Shown piece by piece: positions 8,425 through 17,171 of a stretch of 54,088 nt of DNA. The stretch is from positions 67,112 to 121,199 of the forward strand of contig JAZOMF010000075.1 of assembly GCA_045653805.1 (NCBI GenBank), read 5' to 3'. The translations under genes and the position numbers were made by a program. The notes beneath the pieces were generated by a model. That model did not search any database. It saw only the letters and a list, made by a program, of their open reading frames with translations, and was not told where the DNA came from. Each line of letters starts with the position of its first letter. Position 1 is the first letter of the stretch. This stretch comes from Eubacteriales bacterium. GTDB lineage: Bacteria > Bacillota > Clostridia > Oscillospirales > CAG-272.

Positions 8425-10578
8425 ATGGACATTATCAAAACTCTTGCGGAAGAATTCAAGCTAAAAGAGGAGCAGGTGCAGAAAACCGTTGATCTTATCG
8501 ACGGCGGCGACACAATCCCCTTTATCGCGCGTTACAGAAAGGAAGTTACCGGCAGCCTGGACGATGCCATCCTTCGTGACCTCAACGACAGACTTGAATA
8601 TCTTCGCAACATCGAAAAGAGGAAAGAAGAGGTAAAAAACCTTATAGATGCGCAGGGTAAGCTTACCCCGGAGATAGCGCAGGCTATTCTCAACGCCAAG
8701 ACTATAACCGAGGTAGACGATATTTACCGGCCCTTCCGCCCCAAGAGAAAAACCAGAGCGTCCGTCGCTCGCGAGAGAGGACTTGAAGACCTTGCAAAGC
8801 TCATTATGGAACAGAAAATGGAGTATTCTCCCTCTATTGAGGAAGCCGCAGAGGTATTCGTGAGCGAGGAGAAGGAAGTTCCCAACGCAGCTGCCGCAAT
8901 CGCAGGAGCATGCGACATTATCGCAGAGGACATCTCCGATAACGCTGAATTCAGAAAGGCTCTCCGTCAGCTCACCTTCGATCACGGAGTGCTCACCGTT
9001 TCGGCGGCAAAGGAAGAGGATTCGGTATATTCCCAATATTACGAATACAGCGAGCCCCTCAAAAAGGTTCCCGGACATCGAATCCTCGCTATAAACAGAG
9101 GAGAAAAGGAAGAATTTTTAAAGGTTGCGGTTGAGATAGCATCCGACATCATTCTCAACTACCTTTTCGCTTGCGTTATAACCGAGCCCTCCAGCCCCGC
9201 ATATAAATATGTTTCCGCCGCTTGCGTTGACGGATATGAGAGTCTGATCGCCCCCTCTATCGAGCGCGAGATAAGAAACGATATGTTTGACCTTGCAAGC
9301 GAGGGCGCTATTAAGGTGTTTGCCGACAACCTTGGTCATCTTCTTATGCAGTCTCCTCTCAAGGGCAAGACCGTGCTTGGCTTTGACCCCGGTTACGTTA
9401 ACGGATGTAAGCTTGCAGTAGTTGATAAGACCGGCAAGGTGCTTGATACCGCCGTTATCTATCCCACCAAGCCCCGCCAGAGAATCGAAGAGGCTACCAG
9501 AGTAGTTAAGGGACTTATCAAGAAGCACCACGTTGACGTTATAGCTATCGGTAACGGTACCGCATCCAAGGAAAGTGAAATTTTCATTGCAGGACTTCTC
9601 AAGGAGATCCCCGAGGCTAACTGCAAGTATATTATAGTAAATGAAGCGGGAGCATCAATCTACTCTGCATCCAAGCTTGCAACCGAAGAATTCCCCGAAT
9701 TCGACGTTATGCAGCGTTCTGCGGTTTCTATCGCAAGAAGACTTCAAGACCCTCTTGCAGAGCTTGTTAAGATCGATCCCAAATCCATCGGTGTAGGTCA
9801 GTATCAGCACGATATGAAGCCCGCAAGACTTGACACCGCCTTGACAGGCGTAGTTGAGGACTGCGTAAACTCAGTCGGAGTTGACGTAAATACCGCATCC
9901 CACTCGCTTCTCGCTTATATTTCAGGTATTAATGCCACCAGTGCGAAAAATATTGTAAAGTATAGAGAAGAGAACGGAGAATTTACCTCCAGAGCACAGA
10001 TAAAGAAGGTTCCCCGTATCGGAGACAAGGCTTTTGAGCAGTGCGCGGGATTTTTGAGAGTTCCCGACTCGGGGGAAATTCTTGACAACACCGGCGTTCA
10101 CCCCGAATCCTATGCGGCGGCTAAGGCTTTGCTTAAAATGTTCGGTTACACAGCAGAGGATGTTCGCCAGGGTCAGCTCCGCGAGCTTCGTCAGAAGGTA
10201 AACAAAAAGGGAACTAAGAGCACTGCGGCTGAGCTTGGTATCGGTGAGCCTACTCTCGTAGACATCATCGGTGAGCTTGAAAAGCCCGGACGCGACGTTA
10301 GAGACTCGCTTCCTCCCCCTATTCTTCGTGATGATATTCTTGACCTTGAAGACCTCAAGCCTGATATGGTGCTTACGGGAACCGTACGAAACGTTATCGA
10401 CTTCGGCGCATTCGTTGACATTGGAGTTCATCAGGACGGACTGGTTCACATCTCTCAGATCTGCGATAAATTCATCAAGCATCCCTCTGAGAAGCTTTCC
10501 GTCGGCGACATCGTCAAAGTAAAGGTTCTCTCGGTAGATGTTAAGAAGAAGAGAATATCTTTGTCAATGAAGCTTTAA
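8425..10578 (+). CDS. tex: Tex-family RNA-binding transcriptional accessory protein
   Basis: TIPFIARYRKEVTG, GFDPG..GCK, IGNGTAS, EAGASIYSAS, LQDPLAELVKI, C-terminal S1 domain. Confidence 0.96.
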   Translation: MDIIKTLAEEFKLKEEQVQKTVDLIDGGDTIPFIARYRKEVTGSLDDAILRDLNDRLEYLRNIEKRKEEVKNLIDAQGKLTPEIAQAILNAKTITEVDDIYRPFRPKRKTRASVARERGLEDLAKLIMEQKMEYSPSIEEAAEVFVSEEKEVPNAAAAIAGACDIIAEDISDNAEFRKALRQLTFDHGVLTVSAAKEEDSVYSQYYEYSEPLKKVPGHRILAINRGEKEEFLKVAVEIASDIILNYLFACVITEPSSPAYKYVSAACVDGYESLIAPSIEREIRNDMFDLASEGAIKVFADNLGHLLMQSPLKGKTVLGFDPGYVNGCKLAVVDKTGKVLDTAVIYPTKPRQRIEEATRVVKGLIKKHHVDVIAIGNGTASKESEIFIAGLLKEIPEANCKYIIVNEAGASIYSASKLATEEFPEFDVMQRSAVSIARRLQDPLAELVKIDPKSIGVGQYQHDMKPARLDTALTGVVEDCVNSVGVDVNTASHSLLAYISGINATSAKNIVKYREENGEFTSRAQIKKVPRIGDKAFEQCAGFLRVPDSGEILDNTGVHPESYAAAKALLKMFGYTAEDVRQGQLRELRQKVNKKGTKSTAAELGIGEPTLVDIIGELEKPGRDVRDSLPPPILRDDILDLEDLKPDMVLTGTVRNVIDFGAFVDIGVHQDGLVHISQICDKFIKHPSEKLSVGDIVKVKVLSVDVKKKRISLSMKL

Positions 10579-10774
10579 TATATTAACGTCACAGTGCGTG
10601 TAAATGTTGTAAAAAACACTCTTAATATCGCCAATTTGTCAAAAGTGCACAAAAAAATCAATGTAACTTTGGTAATTAATGCTCTTTAAAAATTGGCGAT
10701 TTTTTGGTACAATTATAATGTTAAAAATTGAGGTTTTGTAAAAAAGCCTACATAATTCAGGAGGAATAAAACAC

Positions 10775-11887
10775 ATGGCAAGTTTGTCTCTCAGACATAT
10801 TTATAAGAAGTATCCCGGTGGCGTTACCGCGGTTTCTGACTTCAACCTTGAAATCAAGGACAAGGAATTCATCGTTCTCGTAGGTCCCTCCGGTTGTGGT
10901 AAGTCCACCACTCTCCGTATGATCGCAGGTCTCGAAGAGATCTCCGAGGGTGAGCTTTTCATCGGCGACCGTCTCGTTAACGACGTTGCTCCTAAGGATA
11001 GAAAGATCGCGATGGTTTTCCAGAACTACGCGCTTTATCCTCATATGACCGTTTCCGAGAACATGGCATTCGGTCTTAAGCTCAGCAAGACTCCCAAGGA
11101 CGAGATCAAGAGAAGAGTTGAAGAAGCAGCTCGCATCCTCGATATCACCCACCTTCTCGACAGAAAGCCCAAGGCTCTCTCCGGTGGTCAGAAGCAGAGA
11201 GTTGCGCTCGGTCGTGCGATCGTTCGTAACCCCATGGTATTCCTTCTTGACGAGCCTCTCTCCAACCTCGATGCTAAGCTCCGTGCAACCATGAGAACCG
11301 AGCTTACCAAGCTTCACCAGAGAGTTGAAACTACATTTGTATACGTTACTCACGACCAGGTAGAGGCTATGACCATGGCAACCAGAATCGTTGTTATGAA
11401 GGACGGTCTTATCCAGCAGGTTGATACTCCTCAGAACCTTTACGATACCCCTGTTAACATGTTCGTTGCAGGATTTATCGGTACTCCTCAGATGAACTTC
11501 ATCAATGGCGCACTCGCTCAGAAGAATGACGGCGTTTACTTCGAGTTCGAAGGCAACTCCATTAAGCTTCCCGCTGAGAAGGCTAACGATCCCGCTCTTA
11601 AGGAGTACATCGGAAAGGAAGTTGTTGTTGGTATCCGTCCCGAGAGCATTCATGACCAGCCCGCACAGATCGCAGCTCTTGAGGGTTGCACTGTAGACGC
11701 TTACGTTGAAGTTACCGAGCTTATGGGTGCAGAGATCTATCTCTACCTCGTAATCGGCGAGACTAAGCTTACCGCTCGTGTATCTGCAAGATCTACCTCT
11801 CGCGCAGGCGACACCATCAAGATCGCTCTTGAGGCTCCCAGAATGCACATCTTCGACAAAGATACCGAGAGATGCATCGTTCATTAA
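10775..11887 (+). CDS. msmX: Stand-alone carbohydrate ABC transporter ATPase (MsmX/MsmK/UgpC type)
   Basis: GPSGCGKS, VFQNYALYPHM, LSGGQKQR, LLDEPLSNLDAKLR, TOBE tail; no permease adjacent. Confidence 0.92.
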   Translation: MASLSLRHIYKKYPGGVTAVSDFNLEIKDKEFIVLVGPSGCGKSTTLRMIAGLEEISEGELFIGDRLVNDVAPKDRKIAMVFQNYALYPHMTVSENMAFGLKLSKTPKDEIKRRVEEAARILDITHLLDRKPKALSGGQKQRVALGRAIVRNPMVFLLDEPLSNLDAKLRATMRTELTKLHQRVETTFVYVTHDQVEAMTMATRIVVMKDGLIQQVDTPQNLYDTPVNMFVAGFIGTPQMNFINGALAQKNDGVYFEFEGNSIKLPAEKANDPALKEYIGKEVVVGIRPESIHDQPAQIAALEGCTVDAYVEVTELMGAEIYLYLVIGETKLTARVSARSTSRAGDTIKIALEAPRMHIFDKDTERCIVH

Positions 11888-11905
11888 TTTGAATTTAATT
11901 TTCCG

Positions 11906-11933
11906 AAAAGGGACTCAAACGAGTCCCTTTTTT
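11906..11933 (+). terminator. Intrinsic terminator
   Basis: AAAAGGGACTC/GAGTCCCTTTT plus T-run. Confidence 0.85.
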
Positions 11934-11966
11934 GTTGTTCAATTTCATCTTATTTGTAAAAAGCAC

Positions 11967-11995
11967 TTGAAATTTGATTAATTGTGTGATATAAT
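11967..11995 (+). promoter_or_regulatory. Sigma-A promoter of HTH-TPR regulator
   Basis: TTGAAA-17 bp-TATAAT with TG. Confidence 0.7.
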
Positions 11996-12029
11996 CAAAA
12001 AGTAAATTTAAATTACCATTGGAGAAAAA

Positions 12030-12929
12030 ATGGATATTGGAAAAAAGATCAAAAAGCTTCGCACCGAAAAGTTGATGACCCAGTCCGAGCTGACCGGAGG
12101 CGAAATAACAAGAAATATGCTCAGCCGAATCGAAAACGGCGCGGCTTTACCTTCACTTGGCACAGTAGTATACCTTGCTTCGAAACTTGGAGTGCCCGCA
12201 GGATACCTTTTGTCCGAGGGTGAGGAAGAATTCATCTATCATAAAACATCGGTTATGAAAAATATACGCAGAGCATATACCGACAAGCGATATGAGCTCT
12301 GCCGAGACATTTGTCTTACGGAATTCGTCGAGTATGACGATGAGCTGGAGCTCATCGTCACCGATTGCTGTTTAGGCGTTGCTGAGGAATATATTAAACA
12401 AGGCAAACTGCGTTTAGCCCGTCAATATCTCGATGAGGCCGTGCGTCACTCTAAAAGTACTATGTTTGACACAACAACCCAGCAAAACAGTATAAAAATT
12501 ATGTTTGGACTGCTTAAGGATATTTCTCCTGCGCTTGATTCGAATGAAATAGATGCTGACGTAAATGGCGAAATCGCTCATCCCGCTGTATTCAATAACA
12601 TTTTTTGCAAATATATTGCGGTAATTTTAGATATTAATAAATATGAGTTTTTTGATGTTGACATCGATAACTCCTCATTAACCGACCACGACCAGCTTCT
12701 CATTCTTCATTTGCGCGCAAGATGGCTTATGAGTCACAAAAAATTTGACTCTGCGTTGGGCGTATTAAAAAGCGTAGTTGATTCAGAAACCGTTCCCAAC
12801 AGATTGCTCCTATATCTGTCTTGCTCCGACATGGAGGTGTGTTGTAGGGAAACCGACGACTACAAGGGAGCGTACGAAGCATCCTTAGACAAGCTTGACT
12901 TGCTTGAACACATGCTTGCAGAGGAATAA
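12030..12929 (+). CDS. XRE-family HTH regulator with helical (TPR-like) C-terminal domain
   Basis: IGKKIKKLR..MTQSEL..ITRNMLSRIENG..PSL HTH, followed by TPR-like helices. Confidence 0.85.
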   Translation: MDIGKKIKKLRTEKLMTQSELTGGEITRNMLSRIENGAALPSLGTVVYLASKLGVPAGYLLSEGEEEFIYHKTSVMKNIRRAYTDKRYELCRDICLTEFVEYDDELELIVTDCCLGVAEEYIKQGKLRLARQYLDEAVRHSKSTMFDTTTQQNSIKIMFGLLKDISPALDSNEIDADVNGEIAHPAVFNNIFCKYIAVILDINKYEFFDVDIDNSSLTDHDQLLILHLRARWLMSHKKFDSALGVLKSVVDSETVPNRLLLYLSCSDMEVCCRETDDYKGAYEASLDKLDLLEHMLAEE

Positions 12930-12947
12930 TTTACGAAAGGGATATTC

Positions 12948-13361
12948 ATGAGACACTTTATAAAAATACTTTCATTGATATTGTCCGTTGTTTTCCTTAT
13001 AACGATGTGCTCGTGTTCACTTTTTACATATGACACCTCGCGTTTCGACGGCGGCGATACTCTCAGCGATGAACTTTTATCAAAGATTGAAAACGACCTG
13101 CGCAACGAAACACAAACAAGCGAAACAACAAATGATTCCAAAGCAACAGAAGATATCCATTCCGATTTATCGGTTGAGTCTGAATCCCGGGACAACAAGG
13201 ATGGCGATACTACCGTATACTGGACAAGCGGAGGATCGGTCTGGCATACCAGCCGCGAGTGCTCTTACATTAAAAACTCCAAAAATATATTGTCCGGAAC
13301 CGTAGACGAAGCAATATCCAGCGGAAAAAAGCAATTATGCTCAAGTTGTCAAAAGCATTAA
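12948..13361 (+). CDS. Lipoprotein with C-terminal H-C-CxxC putative Zn-binding domain
   Basis: Signal peptide ending MCSC, Ser/Thr/acidic linker, VYWTSGGSVWHTSREC...LCSSC. Confidence 0.75.
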   Translation: MRHFIKILSLILSVVFLITMCSCSLFTYDTSRFDGGDTLSDELLSKIENDLRNETQTSETTNDSKATEDIHSDLSVESESRDNKDGDTTVYWTSGGSVWHTSRECSYIKNSKNILSGTVDEAISSGKKQLCSSCQKH

Positions 13362-13469
13362 AAACAAATCCACTCTGCATTTTAGCCAAAAACAGTCACA
13401 AATAAATGTAAAATATAAACAAAAATCAAAAACCAACTAAAATTTATTGTAAAATTTATTGCAAGATGA

Positions 13470-13498
13470 TTGACAAAAATTTGTTTTTGTGATATAAT
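13470..13498 (+). promoter_or_regulatory. Consensus sigma-A promoter upstream of mgsA-like gene
   Basis: TTGACA-17 bp-TATAAT with TG. Confidence 0.85.
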
Positions 13499-13614
13499 AT
13501 TTTCGTTAGGATTAATTTGGTGTATTGGGTTCTTTTTTATCATTTAGAACGATCGACAATTTGATTTTTACGATTGATCCTATCATAAGCCAAAACAAAA
13601 ATGGAGGGGTTCAA

Positions 13615-14052
13615 ATGGAAATAGCTATTATAGCACATGACATGAAGAAAGAGCTTATCACTCAGTTTTGTATTGCATACTGCGGTATTCTCAGCAAGCA
13701 CAACAACTGCCCTACCGGAATCACCGCTAAATATATAACCGAAGCAACCGGTCACAAGATTGAAAAAATGCTTACCGGTGAGCAGGGCGGAGAACAGCAG
13801 ATCGCTTCAAGAATAGCGTACAACGAAATAGACGTTCTCATCTATTTCCGCGATACCCGTCCTTCCTCTGATATGTATTCCGAGCACGACAAGATAGAGA
13901 AGGAGCTTCTCCTCGCTTGTGACCGCTACAATATCCCCGTTGCAACCAACATCGCAACCGCAGAGGTCATTATTATGGCACTCGACCGCGGTGACCTCGA
14001 TTGGAGAGAGGTAGTTAACCCCACCTCCGCATACAATCGTTCCCGCAGATAA
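13615..14052 (+). CDS. mgsA: Methylglyoxal synthase-like protein (divergent active site)
   Basis: IAIIAHD.KK, GG.QQI, YFRD, CDRYNIPVATNIATAE; ATG 13615 behind GGAGG. Confidence 0.8.
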   Translation: MEIAIIAHDMKKELITQFCIAYCGILSKHNNCPTGITAKYITEATGHKIEKMLTGEQGGEQQIASRIAYNEIDVLIYFRDTRPSSDMYSEHDKIEKELLLACDRYNIPVATNIATAEVIIMALDRGDLDWREVVNPTSAYNRSRR

Positions 14053-14062
14053 AATACCGAAA

Positions 14063-14238
14063 GACACGTCCTATAATATCAAGCGTACACAGAGAGAAAA
14101 CGGATTGCTGAGAGTTTTTTGCGCAGTGCTATAGGGTACCACTTTTGTGTCCAATTTAATAAAAATGAGTTAAAAGCTCGGGTGGAACCGTGCATATGCA
14201 CCCCGAACACAGTTTTTTGTGTTCGGGGTTTATTTTTT
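14063..14238 (+). promoter_or_regulatory. Thr T-box riboswitch leader of thrS
   Basis: Stem I (GACAC/GTGTC, CCTATA/TATAGG) with AGAGA and GCTGAGA motifs; specifier ACC at 14138-14140; T-box GGGTGGAACCG; antiterminator TCGGG/CCCGA; terminator CCCCGAACACA/TGTGTTCGGGG plus T-run. Confidence 0.92.
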
Positions 14239-14278
14239 TAGTTAAAAATATATTCAACATAAAGGAAAAGGTAAAAAC

Positions 14279-16219
14279 ATGAAAATTAATTTTGGTTCTC
14301 AGATTTTCGAATCCGACGCCCCTGTGACGGTATACGATGCAGCTAAAGAAGCATTCGGAATGGTAGAGAGAAGTGTTATCGCCGCAACTGTTAACGGCGA
14401 GACCGTTGCCCTCAACTATTCTATCGCGGCTGATGCTGACGTTGACCTCCTCACCTTCGCAGACAAGGCAGGCGCACACGTATTCAGACACACCGCATCC
14501 CACATACTCGCACAGGCGGTAAAGAGACTTTACCCCCAGACCAAGCTCACCATCGGACCCGCTATCGATGACGGGTTCTATTACGACTTCGACAGCGAAG
14601 TACCCTTTACCCCCGAAGTTCTCAAGACACTTGAGGGAGAGATGAAGAAGATCGTTAAGGAAAACCTTAAGATCGAGCGTTTTGAGCTTCCCAGAGCTGA
14701 GGCAATTGCATTTATGCAGGAAAAGGACGAGCCTTACAAGGTTCAGCTTATCGAGGAGCTTCCCGAGGATGCTGTTATCAGCTTCTACCGTCAGGGCGAG
14801 TTCACAGACCTTTGCGCAGGTCCTCACCTCTTTGCAACCGGTGCGGTAAAGGCATTCAAACTTACTCAGTGCACAGGTGCTTATTGGAAGGGCGACCAGA
14901 ACAACAAGCAGCTCCAGAGAATCTACGGTCTTGCATTCCCCTCCAAGGACGAGCTAAATGCATACGTTACCATGCTTGAAGAGGCAAGAAAGCGCGACCA
15001 TAACAAGGTTGGACGTGAACTTGAATACTTCACCACCGTTGACGCTATCGGTCAGGGTCTCCCCGTCCTTATGCCTAAGGGTGCAAGAGTTATTCAGACT
15101 CTCCAGCGTTGGATCGAGGACGAGGAACAGAGAAGAGGCTACCAGCTCACCAAGACTCCCCTTATGGCAAAGAGAGATCTTTATAAGATCTCCGGTCACT
15201 GGGATCACTATAGAGATGGTATGTTTATTTTCGGCGATGCAGATGATGAAAACAAAGAATGCTTCGCTCTCCGTCCTATGACCTGCCCCTTCCAGTATCA
15301 GGTATTCCTCAACAAAAAGCGCTCGTATAGAGACCTTCCCATGAGACTTGGCGAGACCTCCACACTCTTCAGAAACGAGGAGAGCGGAGAGATGCACGGT
15401 CTTATCCGTGTTCGTCAGTTCACCATTTCCGAGGGTCACCTCATTCTTCGTCCTGAGCAGCTTGCAGATGAGTTCAAGGGCTGTCTTGACCTTGCTCTCC
15501 ATTGCCTCGAAACTCTCGGACTTCTTGAGGATTGCACCTTCCGTTTCTCTCAGTGGGATCCCAAGCGTACCGACAAGTATGAGGGAACTGCAGAGCAGTG
15601 GGATGAGGCACAGAGCATTATGGAAAAGCTTCTTGACGAAAACCTCGGCAAGGGCAACTACGTTATCGGCATAGACGAGGCGGCGTTCTACGGTCCTAAG
15701 CTCGACATCCAGATGAAGAACGTATTCGGTAAGGAGGACACTATCGTTACCATTCAGGTTGACATGCTCCTTGCAAAGAAGTTTGGTATGGAATACGTTG
15801 ATTCCGACAACACCATGAAGACTCCTTATATCATACACCGTACCTCTATGGGCTGCTACGAAAGAACTCTCGCGCTCCTTCTTGAGAAGTATGCAGGCGC
15901 ACTTCCTACCTGGATGGCTCCCGTTCAAGTCAGAATGCTACCCATCGGCGACGAGCAGGTTGAATACTGCGAGAATATTGCAAATAGACTCACCGCTCTC
16001 GGTATTCGTTGCGAGGTAGATAAGAGAAACGAGACTATCGGATACAAGCTCCGTAACGCTCAGCTCGAAAAGCTCCCCTACATGATCGTTGTAGGTGCAA
16101 AAGAGGTTGATAGCAACACAGTCGCAGTTCGTTCCAGAAAAGAGGGCGAAAAGGGTGCTATGAGTGTCGATCAGTTCATCAGCGAGCTTCTCCTTGAAAT
16201 TGCAGAGAAGAGAAGATAA
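14279..16219 (+). CDS. thrS: Threonine--tRNA ligase
   Basis: RHTASH, GFYYDF, DLCAGPH, RDHNKVG, RPMTCP, FRNE.SG, AFYGPKLD, IIHR. Confidence 0.98.
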   Translation: MKINFGSQIFESDAPVTVYDAAKEAFGMVERSVIAATVNGETVALNYSIAADADVDLLTFADKAGAHVFRHTASHILAQAVKRLYPQTKLTIGPAIDDGFYYDFDSEVPFTPEVLKTLEGEMKKIVKENLKIERFELPRAEAIAFMQEKDEPYKVQLIEELPEDAVISFYRQGEFTDLCAGPHLFATGAVKAFKLTQCTGAYWKGDQNNKQLQRIYGLAFPSKDELNAYVTMLEEARKRDHNKVGRELEYFTTVDAIGQGLPVLMPKGARVIQTLQRWIEDEEQRRGYQLTKTPLMAKRDLYKISGHWDHYRDGMFIFGDADDENKECFALRPMTCPFQYQVFLNKKRSYRDLPMRLGETSTLFRNEESGEMHGLIRVRQFTISEGHLILRPEQLADEFKGCLDLALHCLETLGLLEDCTFRFSQWDPKRTDKYEGTAEQWDEAQSIMEKLLDENLGKGNYVIGIDEAAFYGPKLDIQMKNVFGKEDTIVTIQVDMLLAKKFGMEYVDSDNTMKTPYIIHRTSMGCYERTLALLLEKYAGALPTWMAPVQVRMLPIGDEQVEYCENIANRLTALGIRCEVDKRNETIGYKLRNAQLEKLPYMIVVGAKEVDSNTVAVRSRKEGEKGAMSVDQFISELLLEIAEKRR

Positions 16220-16229
16220 TATATTGGAT

Positions 16230-16266
16230 TTCGAAAAATGACCGCTTCTGCGGTCATTTTTCGAAT
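16230..16266 (+). terminator. Intrinsic terminator after thrS
   Basis: AAAAATGACCGC/GCGGTCATTTTT stem. Confidence 0.85.
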
Positions 16267-16419
16267 TTAGGTGAGATATATCATCTGGGATCATAGTCAA
16301 TTTTAATATAATTTTATAAAAAATATAATAATATATAAAATATTTACAAAAAAGGTGTTTACAAATCACAAAAAAAGTAGTAAAATATTTGGTAGAATTT
16401 ATACATTGGGGGAATAGCG

Positions 16420-17136
16420 ATGTCTAAACCTATTTATAACCGTATTTTAGTTAAAATTTCAGGCGAAGCTCTTAAAAACGGATGCGAGACCGACATTCTC
16501 GATTTTGATTTTGTTGACAAGGTTGTCGACTCCATCGATAAGTGCCTCAAGGCAGGCGTGCAAGTTGCCATCATTGTTGGCGCAGGCAACATCTGGCGCG
16601 GTGCAAGAAAGGGCGTTGGCATGAACAGAGCAAGAGCAGACCATATGGGTATGCTGGCAACTGTTATCAATTCCTTGGCTCTCCAGGATGCATTCATTCG
16701 ACACGGAATTGATGCAAAGGTGCTTTCCTCTGTTGAAATGAACACATTTGCAGATTTCTACACCCAGAGAGATGCTGATAGATATCTCTCCGAAGGAAAG
16801 GTAGTTATCTTCGGGGGTGGACTTGGTGCTCCTTATTTCTCGACCGATACCCCCGCAGTGGTTCGTGCCGCAGAGATCGGTGCAGACATCGTACTCATGG
16901 CAAAGAATATAGACGGTCTTTATACCGCGGACCCCAAAAAGGATCCTACTGCCACCCGATACGATGACGTAACATACGCAGAGATCCTTGATAAGGATCT
17001 TAAGGCATTCGATCTTACCGCCGTTTCCTTCTGCAATGAAAACGATATCGATTGCTATGCCTTTGCACTCTCCGACCCCGAGAACATCTATCGTGCGGTC
17101 ATGGGTAACACCACAGGAACAAAAATGCACAAATAA
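16420..17136 (+). CDS. pyrH: UMP kinase
   Basis: RILVKISGEAL, GAGNIWRG, ADHMGMLAT, FSTDT, YTADP. Confidence 0.96.
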   Translation: MSKPIYNRILVKISGEALKNGCETDILDFDFVDKVVDSIDKCLKAGVQVAIIVGAGNIWRGARKGVGMNRARADHMGMLATVINSLALQDAFIRHGIDAKVLSSVEMNTFADFYTQRDADRYLSEGKVVIFGGGLGAPYFSTDTPAVVRAAEIGADIVLMAKNIDGLYTADPKKDPTATRYDDVTYAEILDKDLKAFDLTAVSFCNENDIDCYAFALSDPENIYRAVMGNTTGTKMHK

Positions 17137-17171
17137 TAAATTAACCTTATACATAGAAAGGATTTATATTT

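Noticed and set aside
13525-13614. Upstream in-frame extensions given in the ORF track (also 33518, 35374, 31030, 49571, 53215)
   Set aside because: Downstream starts have clear RBS sequences and match family N-termini; the extensions overlap promoters, leaders or neighbouring genes
61-16369. Long antisense ORFs over alaS, the MutS-like gene, uxaC, msmX and thrS (for example 61-1614, 2273-3448, 4983-6152, 10757-11884, 14954-15928)
   Set aside because: They mirror well-supported genes; scarcity of TTA/CTA/TCA codons on the coding strand removes stops on the opposite strand
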